64,000 nucleotides of DNA. Source: Thermoproteota archaeon. Lineage in GTDB: Archaea > Thermoproteota > Thermoprotei_A > Sulfolobales > Ignisphaeraceae. Positions 41,211 to 51,005 of this stretch are shown one piece after another. Below the pieces are notes generated by a model, which ran no database searches, was not told where the DNA came from, and worked only from the letters and a program-made list of their open reading frames with translations. The stretch spans positions 196,333 to 260,332 of the forward strand of contig JAUQPB010000003.1 of NCBI GenBank assembly GCA_030550585.1, written 5' to 3'. Both the position numbers and the translations under genes were made by a program. Position 1 is the first letter of the stretch; the number at the start of each line of letters is the position of its first letter.

Positions 41211-41982
41211 TACTCCTAATCCAAGTACACCCTTTATTCTTTCTAGTCCATATACATTGGTAATATCAGCTGAAAAATCTTGATAGTTGAAGAGCCTTTC
41301 ATGATATTGTTGCGTTAGTAATCTCGTAAAATAAATACTGTATACGAGTTACCGACTATGTTAAAGTGACTTGTAAGAGCAGTCTTGTAAGCTATAGGAT
41401 CGTGTTTGAGCATAATGGATGAAATTCAAGCCTTAATCCTCCATGATGTGTCGGAGTTCTGCGAAGTCTTTTCTCCATAGCTAAGAAACCGAGAGGCATC
41501 GCCCCAGAGAATTACAGCAAAATGCCAAAGATAATTCAAGGACAGCTATAAATAATACTATACTAAATCTCGGCAAAGCCAATGTTTAATTAGCAAACTA
41601 ATTATGTAATGTCAACATGCATTTTCTTATATTACTCAACCAATTATAGCATCATCATGCCATAATTAATTCTACGCTTAAGCAAGTCTCTCATGTATTA
41701 GCAGTAAATATGTTTTGAGAATAAGCAACCATGAGATTATTTGCAGTAGAATTTGTCTATATAGTTGCACCTGAAAATAGCTGAGATCTTAAGGACATGC
41801 AGAACAGTATAAGGGTATAATGCCATATTCCGATATAAAGATGATGTAACTAGACGGGTTACAGAATCTAGAGGGATAATATATTATAGCTAGAAGCCCT
41901 AATTGTATTGAAATATTGAAACCCTAAGGAGTTCATCATAATTATCGATAGCTTATTTAAGGCTAATTACAGTAATATAGGT

Positions 41983-42204
41983 GTGGGAATAGAGATTATG
42001 GCTAGAGTTGTCCGTGTTCGGTATGAAAATGGTGTTTTAAAGCCTCTTGAAAAACTCGATCTTAGCGAAGGCGAGGAAGTCGAGGTTGTTATACGTAGAA
42101 GACATGATCATGCCTTCGGCGCTCTTCTTCGTAGAAGACCTGATCTAAAACCTGAAGATGTTAATAAGGTTATTGAGGAAATTGAAAGTGAGGGTATTCT
42201 TTGA
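41983..42204 (+). CDS. vapB: Antitoxin, AF2212/DUF104 family
   Basis: VRVRYENGVLKPLEKLDLSEGEEVEVVI; overlaps the PIN gene. Confidence 0.9.
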   Translation: MGIEIMARVVRVRYENGVLKPLEKLDLSEGEEVEVVIRRRHDHAFGALLRRRPDLKPEDVNKVIEEIESEGIL

Positions 42205-42625
42205 CTCCAATGTTTTCCTCAAGTATCTTGCTGGTGTTGAAGAAGCCAAGAAACTCCTAGATAAGGTTGAATACGGTGAATGGAAAGGTTATGTGAATGA
42301 TGTTGTAATAAGTGAGGTTGTCTATGGGTATCTAAGGTTAGCTCTTAACATATCTAGGTATAGGCTTAGAGAGTATGTAGTCAACTATGTGGATAGGGTT
42401 GGGGAATTGCTAGAGCAAGATGTATATCCATTGTTTGTAAACTTCGAGCATCTACCAACCAGCACAGGCATAGACACATTGTTGGAATACGTAGTTAGGT
42501 ATAAATTGTTGCCGAATGATGCCCTAATAGCAACTACATGTAAAGTCTACGACATAAAGGACATCGCTACATTCGACGAAGACTTTGCCAGAGTTCCATG
42601 GCTAAGGATATGGAAGGAGGTGTAA
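42158..42625 (+). CDS. vapC: VapC PIN-domain toxin
   Basis: FFDSNV, VISEV, LLPNDALIA, IATFDEDF; start probably GTG 42188. Confidence 0.92.
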   Translation: MLIRLLRKLKVRVFFDSNVFLKYLAGVEEAKKLLDKVEYGEWKGYVNDVVISEVVYGYLRLALNISRYRLREYVVNYVDRVGELLEQDVYPLFVNFEHLPTSTGIDTLLEYVVRYKLLPNDALIATTCKVYDIKDIATFDEDFARVPWLRIWKEV

Positions 42626-42845
42626 GAAATAATGCAATGAGATAAGCTCCTTGAGAAACTATTTGGCTATTGCGCCCATATATTCCCACAATGCCACTAA
42701 TGTAACACCTCTTAATACAGCACTTGTTTATTATGGCATATCGCATTCCAATTGATGACTGTCTTGATAGCTTTAATTGAATGTCAGTCACGTCTATTTG
42801 GCATATCGGCTATATGCTAACTGAATTGTCTCTGACATATCCCTA

Positions 42846-42878
42846 GGATCCCCGGTTTCAAATTTCCCTGCCCCACCA
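42846..42878 (+). repeat. Degenerate tRNA 3'-end copy (possible att remnant of tRNA-Pro)
   Basis: ggatccccggtttcaaatttccctgccccacca(aac) vs tRNA-Pro ggtccggggttcaaatccccgcggccccatc(aaac). Confidence 0.5.
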
Positions 42879-42948
42879 AACAAACATATGTATTTGCTTT
42901 TCCATACTTCTAATATTTCAAATATGCCGAAAAATTTTGAGAATGCTG

Positions 42949-45570
42949 CTAAGTCTTCAGCTGAGATGTTGATCTTCTTTTTAATGAATTAATGCATATG
43001 TATGACAATGCTATAGATGTTGAGATCGCAGTGATTTTGTATCCAATACTGACATATGGAGGATTCCATACTATGCGAATTAGTGATGTGTTGTTGGAGG
43101 GTGCTACTACTAAGAATCCTGTTGCAGATCTCCATATTTGTGTGTTAGTTATCCAGTGAGATGTGTACGCTATTTTAACTAGACATGCAGTATCTTTGTA
43201 TGGTTCAACGTATAGTTCTGGGGGATTAAATTTAATGGAAGCATTACATGGTTTTATAGCTATATTTGTATATCTTGCTATGAAATCCCATAGTTTGGAT
43301 GCTTCATCGACAATATCAGCCAATTCATCATGAGATATACTTCTATCCCACTTTAGATAAGTCCATGGATTTCCAGGGTCATAAGGGAGGATTTGTGTGC
43401 CTAGTAAAGTGGTGTCAACCTGTGCGAAATTGGTATCTATCTTGTTTATCGAGAATTTGCTTCCCTTTGTAAGTAGTATTGTTCTATACCCTTCCTTTAG
43501 GTATTCAGCCGCTTTCTCTGGATCGTCAGTTACTATACCCGCTATCAACTCTTTCGGAATATTCTGCATGCCTTCAACTATTATAGCTTTATTGCCGTTG
43601 TCCGCCATTAAGTTGAGCAGCTTTGGGTTGAATTCTTTGGTGTCGAATACAATTATCTTTGAGCATATTGCTGGGGAAGGGTTGCCGTTATATTCGTAGA
43701 GATTGAATCTGTATCCTCGATATTCATAAGTGGCTACTTTCCGCAAATTCAGAGCACCAAGTTCTATACCTAGTACATCGTTGTTATTTTGCATATATAG
43801 CTTGATTCCGTGCACATTATACCTACATCTATTTTGACAGTGAGGTTGTAAAACAAATGAGGTTTTTACTGGATTAACTATTTTCTCGATAGGCTCTAGC
43901 TCGATTTCTGAACCATTTGTGAGTATGGCTGATGCTCTCACAAAATTCGAGGAATAATTTGTTAGCTCAATCTTTATGCCACTAAATTCGTTGAATTCTA
44001 TAATGCTATCGAATACACATTCTAATACTTCTGAGTTGTTCTGGTTTTTGCTGTGTCTACAGCTATAAGAAGTTGCATTGATATGTACTAGCTCTACAGG
44101 TATATTTAGATCCGTGAATATGTACTTTGATTGGCTAAGCTCAATTGTATTACTTAGTGTGACTGGATTGGTTAAGAGGCTATTCATCCACTCGTAGTAC
44201 ACTGTTAGGTCAAAGAATGTGGGATCTCCTTGGTTGTATGATCCTGTAGATGTGGTGTAGTTGTATAGAATAGAGAATGTGACAGGGCTATTAGGTAATA
44301 CTAATGGTGTACCTACAACTAGAACTCTACTACCTTTCACTATATTGGTGAACCCGGGAAAAGCCTCATCGATAGGTTTTTCATAGGGTGCAACAGTACT
44401 GGTAACAACGATGCTTGCGATAGTCCCCACAATTAGTAGGCTTGTGATAAAGATTAGCATATTGGGTTTGCGCGCCGATATAGAAGCCATGTATTTGCTG
44501 TTCCCTATGTACATAGATATGAATGTGGCGTTGTTTATAAGGAGAAACCTCCAAGGCATTATAAATGATGTTACTTCTCTGATTAGCACCGGTTCAGAGA
44601 GCTTAATGTTGTTTAGCATAATTAGTAGTAGGGCAATGGATGTGTACAGAAATAGCCCCCAGAACACCACGAAATTGCCTCTGCGCGTGTCGCTGGAGAT
44701 CAGCATGTGTATCAAAACAGCTAGACTCGCAACCAACGTTGCTAGCACTATAATGTCTATGCCTAGAGATTCTATGTATAGCCCCGGCACCCAGGCAAGT
44801 GGCGATACTTCATGAAGCGGCGAGGAATCTTTGTATGTGATAAGCACTGATAAGAGGTACCCAGAGGAGATGCTAAGGGCGATCGCCATATAGGCAAGAG
44901 CTAGTAAAATACTTTTCCTCCAGCTTCTTCTAGCCGTAGTAATCAGCAGTAATGTCACAGGAAAAACAATGTTTACTAGACCGTACGAGTGTGAGAGAAT
45001 GGATAGACCTCCGGCAACAGCTGATAAAACCATGTACTCAGTACGCTGACTAGAGCTATACGATAAAATCAGGGCTGCGGAGATGACTGTAAAGCTCCAC
45101 GAGAGTATGTAGGGAAAAGCACCTTTGTAATACGCGATCCAAAGCGTTGGAAAGAATGTTGCAACTGGTATTAGAGGCAGTAATCTTCTTCTATCGATTC
45201 CTGATTTCGCTGCGAGAAGCAACAGAGATGCTGTATAAAGTGCCAGGGTCAGTGCTCTGCATATGTTGTAGGAGTGGATAGGGCCAACCAAATACGAAAA
45301 AAGTTGGGCCACAGCGTAAAATAGGGGTGCGTAATTCAGTAGGATCATCCCGTTGTACTGCCTAAGGCTAAACCCCATATTCAAAACGTATTCGCTTAAA
45401 AAACCCGATATTCTGTAGATATGGGCTCTCGAATCATCTCCTGGAGGGACATCCAGCGACTTAGCTAACTCGAATAAATTTAATGCAATAAAGACACAGA
45501 GTATAACAACAATTGCATACAAATACACCCCCAAACGGATCCTCATCATTCCCCTAACCATGTAATTCAC
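42949..45570 (-). CDS. Large GT-C-type membrane protein (PTPS-related/YfhO-like)
   Basis: GDDSRAH, YAPLF, LSHSY, PWRF motifs; about 12 TM segments, large soluble domain, C-terminal TM. Confidence 0.7.
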   Translation of the reverse strand: MNYMVRGMMRIRLGVYLYAIVVILCVFIALNLFELAKSLDVPPGDDSRAHIYRISGFLSEYVLNMGFSLRQYNGMILLNYAPLFYAVAQLFSYLVGPIHSYNICRALTLALYTASLLLLAAKSGIDRRRLLPLIPVATFFPTLWIAYYKGAFPYILSWSFTVISAALILSYSSSQRTEYMVLSAVAGGLSILSHSYGLVNIVFPVTLLLITTARRSWRKSILLALAYMAIALSISSGYLLSVLITYKDSSPLHEVSPLAWVPGLYIESLGIDIIVLATLVASLAVLIHMLISSDTRRGNFVVFWGLFLYTSIALLLIMLNNIKLSEPVLIREVTSFIMPWRFLLINNATFISMYIGNSKYMASISARKPNMLIFITSLLIVGTIASIVVTSTVAPYEKPIDEAFPGFTNIVKGSRVLVVGTPLVLPNSPVTFSILYNYTTSTGSYNQGDPTFFDLTVYYEWMNSLLTNPVTLSNTIELSQSKYIFTDLNIPVELVHINATSYSCRHSKNQNNSEVLECVFDSIIEFNEFSGIKIELTNYSSNFVRASAILTNGSEIELEPIEKIVNPVKTSFVLQPHCQNRCRYNVHGIKLYMQNNNDVLGIELGALNLRKVATYEYRGYRFNLYEYNGNPSPAICSKIIVFDTKEFNPKLLNLMADNGNKAIIVEGMQNIPKELIAGIVTDDPEKAAEYLKEGYRTILLTKGSKFSINKIDTNFAQVDTTLLGTQILPYDPGNPWTYLKWDRSISHDELADIVDEASKLWDFIARYTNIAIKPCNASIKFNPPELYVEPYKDTACLVKIAYTSHWITNTQIWRSATGFLVVAPSNNTSLIRIVWNPPYVSIGYKITAISTSIALSYICINSLKRRSTSQLKT

Positions 45571-45916
45571 ACTCCATCAAACAATATTAGACATTTCATT
45601 TAAAACACATTTTTAAAATTTAAAGGGTGCTAACACAATGCATTATCAAAGCAAATAGCATTCGCAGAACTGATGTTTTTGAAGAACTCTCTATACCTTC
45701 TCAGACAAGGAATGTGTTAATTTTGCACCTTTTTCAAACACAATCTTAGCAACTATTGGAAGCCTTAGCTTGATTGACTATCGTCGTATTCAATGAAGTT
45801 GTACATACCATCACGCCCTCAAAACAGAGTCAATCTAGTGTATGTCTATTTCATAACTCTAGGACTATATGTTCTTGATTTGCTTTAGTTACCATTTTAT
45901 TGTATGATCAAATGGC

Positions 45917-47509
45917 TTGGCCCCAAGATCGTGCTATGAATTGTACATAATTTTTATTATCTCGTTTGTAGCATTTGTCTGCAATAAGGTGGGCTCCTTG
46001 GAAAACGCTAAGCATGTCTATATTACCACACCAATATACTATCCTAATGACAGACCTCATTTGGGGCACGCATATACAACTGTTTTGGCTGATATTGTCA
46101 GTAGGTGGTATAGTCTTCTAGGATACAATGTCTTCTTTTTAACGGGCACCGACGAGCATGGGGCTAAGTTGCAGAGAGAGGCTGAGAAGAGGGGGGTAAC
46201 ACCAAAGGCTTTTGTCGATGAGATGTCAGCTATTTTTAAAGAGTATTGGAGTAAACTGGGTGTAGGCTATAGCAGGTTTATCAGAACGACTGACGAGGAC
46301 CACGAATCTCTTGTGCGTAATGTGCTGAATTTGTTGAATGAGAAGGGGTATGTGTACCGCGGTGTGTATAAGGGTTGGTATTGCACCGCTTGTGAGAGGT
46401 ACTATAGCGAGAAGGAATATGTTGTCGAGAATAATATTCCCTACTGCCCCATTCATAGAAGACCCTTGGAATTTGTTGAAGAAGAGACATATTTTTTGAG
46501 GCTATCCCAGTTCAGGGACAGGGTGTTGAAGATATTGAGGGAAGGGGAGGTTGTATACCCAAGACAATACGCAGAAGAGGTTGCATCTAAGATAGAGTTA
46601 GAGGGTTTGCAGGATCTGTCAATTGCTAGACCTAAGGAGAGGGTTAGCTGGGGTATAACATTGCCGTTTGACAACCGGTTCACAGTATATGTGTGGATAG
46701 ATGCTCTTCTCAACTATCTAACGGGAGCAGGTTTCAACAAGGATAAAAAACACTTCGAGACTCTGTGGAAAAACTCTATACAGTTCATAGGCAAGGACAT
46801 TCTATGGTTCCACACAGCAGTTTGGTTCTCACTACTATCGATGCTAGATTTGCCGCCGCCAAAGAAGCTTGTTGTCCACGGTTTCTTAACCGTTAAAGGA
46901 ATGAAGATGGGCAAGTCTACAGGTAATGTAACATCAATTGATGATATGATTAAAAGGTATGGGAGTTCAGATGCCGTTAGATTTATAATAGCTAGAATAG
47001 CTAACTACGAAAAAGACTCTGAGGTTTCTTGGGAAATATACGACTCGATCTACAACGGAGATTTGGTAAACAACTATGGCAATCTCGTTAGAAGGGTTAC
47101 AAGCCTAGCCATAAAACTGTTCGATGGTGTTGTAAGGATTGCCATAGACCACGAACATGCCAAGAAGGTTGAAGAGCTTGTTCAAAAAGCGATAGAATAT
47201 TATAACAGAATAGATATAGCAGAGGCAGTGAAAACAGCTCTCGACATAGCACATGAGACAAATGCTTATCTAAATAGAAAAGAGCCTTGGAAACAGGAAA
47301 ACCCCCAGCCAACAATATACACAGCACTCGAGTCTATAAGGCTGGTCACACTGCTTCTACACCCGGTAATGCCGAACATAACGCAAAACATCATGAATTC
47401 TCTGAACATCGCCATAGAGAGGGGCCTAGACCAGTTCAAAGTGGGTTATATAAGCGAGTACAAAGTAAAGGAATCTCCAATACCATTCAAAAAACTGGCA
47501 ACAAGCTGA
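45917..47509 (+). CDS. metG: Methionine--tRNA ligase (short form without C-terminal tRNA-binding domain)
   Basis: YITTPIYYPN, HLGH, TGTDEHG, YVWIDAL, GKDILWFH, KMGKS; start probably TTG 45998. Confidence 0.95.
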   Translation: MAPRSCYELYIIFIISFVAFVCNKVGSLENAKHVYITTPIYYPNDRPHLGHAYTTVLADIVSRWYSLLGYNVFFLTGTDEHGAKLQREAEKRGVTPKAFVDEMSAIFKEYWSKLGVGYSRFIRTTDEDHESLVRNVLNLLNEKGYVYRGVYKGWYCTACERYYSEKEYVVENNIPYCPIHRRPLEFVEEETYFLRLSQFRDRVLKILREGEVVYPRQYAEEVASKIELEGLQDLSIARPKERVSWGITLPFDNRFTVYVWIDALLNYLTGAGFNKDKKHFETLWKNSIQFIGKDILWFHTAVWFSLLSMLDLPPPKKLVVHGFLTVKGMKMGKSTGNVTSIDDMIKRYGSSDAVRFIIARIANYEKDSEVSWEIYDSIYNGDLVNNYGNLVRRVTSLAIKLFDGVVRIAIDHEHAKKVEELVQKAIEYYNRIDIAEAVKTALDIAHETNAYLNRKEPWKQENPQPTIYTALESIRLVTLLLHPVMPNITQNIMNSLNIAIERGLDQFKVGYISEYKVKESPIPFKKLATS

Positions 47510-47555
47510 TATAAGCAAACAATTTAAACCACACCACAAAACAAACAGTTTTGGA

Positions 47556-47632
47556 GCCGCCGTAGCTCAGCTCGGTAGAGCGCCGGCCTCGTAAGCCGGT
47601 GGCCGCGGGTTCAAATCCCGCCGGCGGCTCCA
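47556..47632 (+). tRNA. tRNA-Thr(CGT), CCA encoded
   Basis: GCCGCCG/CGGCGGC-T-CCA, CCGGC-CTCGTAA-GCCGG, GTTCAAAT. Confidence 0.95.
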
Positions 47633-47739
47633 CACCTAAAACAACATTGTGATCCGAATTGCAACGTAGTTTGCCAGCTCATCACTAAGGTGAGGAGAAA
47701 CCACCTACTTTGTGTTTTAAATCGAGCAAATTAGACGTT

Positions 47740-48807
47740 TTATACTCCGAAGAACCTAAGCCTTCTAGCTCTAGGTCTTAGAGCCATCACTGTCCAGTTC
47801 CAATCATCTTTTGTTACCACTTGTGTTAGTGCTACGTATAGTTTTTCGTTGTCTGAATCCATAGATCCTAAAAATGATGTGAGGATTTGCGGCCCTCTAG
47901 ATAGCCTCACTGAATCTACTACAGATAGTCTGTCACTTGATAGCATATATGCATCGTTATCGGATACCACAACTATGTTTGGGCCTATGGGTGTAGAGGG
48001 GTTCTGGGTTGAGTAGACCTTCACCCCGGGAATCGATGTTATGGTTGTTAGCACCTCTCCTTCCCTGCTCAGTTTTGCTATTGCACTTCTACTAACAGCA
48101 TAGATGTTGCCTTCTGGGTTTATGGCCAAGCCTGTTATCGAGCCCTTGATATTGGTTCTAACGATTTTTATGAGCTCTAGATCTCTATTTAAAAATATTA
48201 GGAGCCAGTTCATAGCACCTTCGCTCTTGTCGAAGCCTCCAACAACAAATCTGTTGGTGTTTCTGTTGAATGCTATTGTGTATGCCCCTGCCTCTCTCCC
48301 CTCTCTACCCATCGAAAAGCTCTTATAAACTGAAAGCGTGTCGGGCAACACCATAGCTATGTATGCAGCTGTGGAGCCTTGGGGTGTGAGGGTGGTTCCA
48401 GCAATGTATATGTATCTATCGATTGCTATAGCTGAGAAAGGCACTAGATAGGGCTTGTCTATATCGGTTCTTCTAACTAGGTTCAAGTTTCTATCGAATT
48501 CGAGTATGCTCCAAAAACTGTCGGAGACGCCGAAAGCGTATATATGGCCTCCTAAAGAGGTGCAGGAGATTAGAGATGCTATGTTGTAGCTCTTTTCATC
48601 TGCCCACCTAGCGAGGGGGGTTCCATCTATAGCGTTGTAAGATTCTATTCTATACCTTTTCTTTCCATAGCCGTGGAGCTCATCAAATCCAACAGCATAC
48701 ACATTACCCTCGGCAAAACACACACTGTGAACACCATCTCTATAGCCACTAGCACTACTCATTCTACTCCACACAATATCCAAAAGCAACACCAATAACC
48801 AAAACAA
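47740..48807 (-). CDS. Beta-propeller-like protein
   Basis: Repeated beta blades (VYAVG, IYAFG, IYIAG, FVVGG, IYAVS, LYVAL). Confidence 0.6.
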   Translation of the reverse strand: MFWLLVLLLDIVWSRMSSASGYRDGVHSVCFAEGNVYAVGFDELHGYGKKRYRIESYNAIDGTPLARWADEKSYNIASLISCTSLGGHIYAFGVSDSFWSILEFDRNLNLVRRTDIDKPYLVPFSAIAIDRYIYIAGTTLTPQGSTAAYIAMVLPDTLSVYKSFSMGREGREAGAYTIAFNRNTNRFVVGGFDKSEGAMNWLLIFLNRDLELIKIVRTNIKGSITGLAINPEGNIYAVSRSAIAKLSREGEVLTTITSIPGVKVYSTQNPSTPIGPNIVVVSDNDAYMLSSDRLSVVDSVRLSRGPQILTSFLGSMDSDNEKLYVALTQVVTKDDWNWTVMALRPRARRLRFFGV

Positions 48808-48847
48808 GGTTCCAGCTAATATGCTTTTAGAATTATATTCAGCTATT

Positions 48848-50041
48848 TTATCTAATAAAAACGACTTTAAATGGGATAAGATTGAATACCGTTGCCAAAA
48901 AGACAGAAGCTTGTATCAAAGCTAAGACAATGGCTACAAACCTGAATCTGCGACCAGATAACCCTTGCAGTGCGAGGCATAGGTTTAGGTATAGATATGG
49001 GAGAACATTGATGTAGTACCAGTCGAGGGGCCCAGCAACAATATTCAGTAGCGAGAGCCAAGACATTAGAACAACAGTATATAGAAACTTGCTACTGTTG
49101 CTACCCATTAAAACTTTGTATGTGTTGTATAGCAGAGCTGGGAACAGCAAATACCAAAGCACTGATCCACCACCTACAAAAACATCTATGTAGAGCCCTC
49201 TTTCAGGCAAGAAGACGTTGCTTATGGGAACCACACTGCTCCCCACTATAGACACAATCAAGTTGATGCTCCCAAGCTGCCTCCACACCTCGACCCTGGC
49301 AAGAAGCTTCATAAAACCTATCACAGCTATTGCAGGCGAGAAGCCGTGCCTCCAAGACATATACCTATACATCTCAATATGGTGGACTATAATGGTGCTC
49401 CAGCCAAGCCGAAGATCAGCAACATATGTAGATAGATAGACAGCCAATGCAATAAGCAGGTATCTAACAGCCTCCCTCCACCTCCTCTCAAAAACAAGCA
49501 GAGCCAACACCCCGAGAAGAACCGGAGCAGAGCTAAACTTGCTGGCAACAGCCAAACCCATGAAAACAGCTGATAAACCGAGTCGCCCACAAGCATAGAG
49601 ATAGAGAGCCGAGACAGCCATAAAAACGGCTATGGGATCCAACAACAAAAACCTGTGGGTATTGAAATAGATTGTGTCGAAAACGAGAAGAAGACCGGCG
49701 ATAAAACCGGGAAGGGAATAGCCGTAGACCCTGGCAAACAAGTAGATGAGAAAACCAGTGAAAACACCAAGCAAAAGAAAGGCATGGCGCCCAACACCAA
49801 ACAAACTCAGAAAACCAATCAAATACTTAGCAAAAGGAGGGTGCTCAAAATTACACTGAATAGGAGCAACACCACCAACATACTCCAAACCACAAGAAAT
49901 GTAAACCTCCTCATCCAAGTACCTAGCAAAATTCGAAGAAGCCGAAGAAACATAGTAAGCAACAAAATAGAGAATGCAAGAAAGCACAAAGGTTATGAGA
50001 CTAGATGAAGACTGAGAAAAAAAAATATTCGTTTTCCTCAA
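48848..50041 (-). CDS. PMT/GT39-like GT-C glycosyltransferase
   Basis: YLDEEVY, NFEHPPFAK, LLDP, ASKF, WYY; multi-TM. Confidence 0.8.
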   Translation of the reverse strand: MRKTNIFFSQSSSSLITFVLSCILYFVAYYVSSASSNFARYLDEEVYISCGLEYVGGVAPIQCNFEHPPFAKYLIGFLSLFGVGRHAFLLLGVFTGFLIYLFARVYGYSLPGFIAGLLLVFDTIYFNTHRFLLLDPIAVFMAVSALYLYACGRLGLSAVFMGLAVASKFSSAPVLLGVLALLVFERRWREAVRYLLIALAVYLSTYVADLRLGWSTIIVHHIEMYRYMSWRHGFSPAIAVIGFMKLLARVEVWRQLGSINLIVSIVGSSVVPISNVFLPERGLYIDVFVGGGSVLWYLLFPALLYNTYKVLMGSNSSKFLYTVVLMSWLSLLNIVAGPLDWYYINVLPYLYLNLCLALQGLSGRRFRFVAIVLALIQASVFLATVFNLIPFKVVFIR

Positions 50042-50073
50042 GCTTGATAACCCTACTATAGATAGGAGCTACC

Positions 50074-50493
50074 CTACTTAGCCTGGACAGTGGCAGATAT
50101 CACATTGCCTGCTTTGGTGTATACCTTTACCTGGTAGTTGGTGCCAGCAACAACATTAGCATTAAATGATAGGGTCAGTGTTGTTTCTTGTCCTGGCGTA
50201 ATAGTTGTTTCAGTAGTAGCAGCTCCAAATGTTGTTATTGTAGTGACACCGACTATCTCTACCTTGTATATTACCGCTGATGCAGATCCCTCGTTCTTAA
50301 CATGGAGATATAACACCTTATTACTAGCATTTATGTAGCTGTCTGGGTACACCCTAACAGACTCTGTTGCTCCCATTGTGCCCCACCAGCCCATTATCCA
50401 CCCTATCACTCCAATGGCTATCACTAGTGTTACTGCTACCAATATTACTACTGCTATTATTGGCTCAATACCTTTGTACAGCCTGCTTTTCAT
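50074..50493 (-). CDS. Archaeal type IV pilin (major-pilin-like)
   Basis: Class III signal peptide YKG|IEPIIAVVILVAVTLVIAI; Thr-rich Ig-like domain; own TATA boxes upstream. Confidence 0.92.
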   Translation of the reverse strand: MKSRLYKGIEPIIAVVILVAVTLVIAIGVIGWIMGWWGTMGATESVRVYPDSYINASNKVLYLHVKNEGSASAVIYKVEIVGVTTITTFGAATTETTITPGQETTLTLSFNANVVAGTNYQVKVYTKAGNVISATVQAK

Positions 50494-50605
50494 GGGTTTC
50501 CAGCACCTACAAATTTCTACTATTTAAAGGTATATAAAGTTTTTTGTTACACAATTAAATAAAACTTTAACATAATTTTTTGTGGCTATAGCTTTTCATA
50601 TCCGT

Positions 50606-51004
50606 TTATACTTTGACTATTTTCTCTATTACTGGGTATACTGTTCCTGATTTTAGGTATAGCCTTATGGTATAGGCTGTTCCAGAGCTGTACTGTTTGC
50701 TTAGCTTTATGGTTATCTCTTTTTGTTCTCCTGGTTTTATGGTTATTGCTGGGCTACAGCCTATGGTCTCTATTCCATGTATCTCCACTTTGTATATTTC
50801 TGCTGTTTCCTCTCCCTCGTTTATAGCTACTATTTTCAGCCACCAGCTGCTGTTTTCGTCTTGGTATATGCTTGCCTCTGTTATTCTAAGTATTTCTGGT
50901 TTCCACGTCATTGAGTTGTATGTTGTTATAATCCATGTTGTAGCTGTAGCTGCTAGGGTTATTGCCACGGCGAGGAGTATTATTATGGCGAAAAATCTGT
51001 TCAT
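50606..51004 (-). CDS. Pilin-like protein (minor pilin)
   Basis: N-terminal hydrophobic helix; IYKVEI..TIKPGE..YTIRLYLKSG paralogous to the adjacent pilin; canonical KG cleavage site absent. Confidence 0.75.
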   Translation of the reverse strand: MNRFFAIIILLAVAITLAATATTWIITTYNSMTWKPEILRITEASIYQDENSSWWLKIVAINEGEETAEIYKVEIHGIETIGCSPAITIKPGEQKEITIKLSKQYSSGTAYTIRLYLKSGTVYPVIEKIVKV

Positions 51005-51005
51005 G

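Noticed and set aside
41300-41980. Possible genes or box C/D RNAs in the AT-rich gap
   Set aside because: Only isolated ATGATGA words without correctly spaced D boxes, and no coherent reading frame
49655-50008. 117-aa Lys/Thr/Asn-rich ORF on the plus strand
   Set aside because: Antisense shadow of the G/T-rich codons of the membrane glycosyltransferase; the same applies to most short ORFs nested in longer genes
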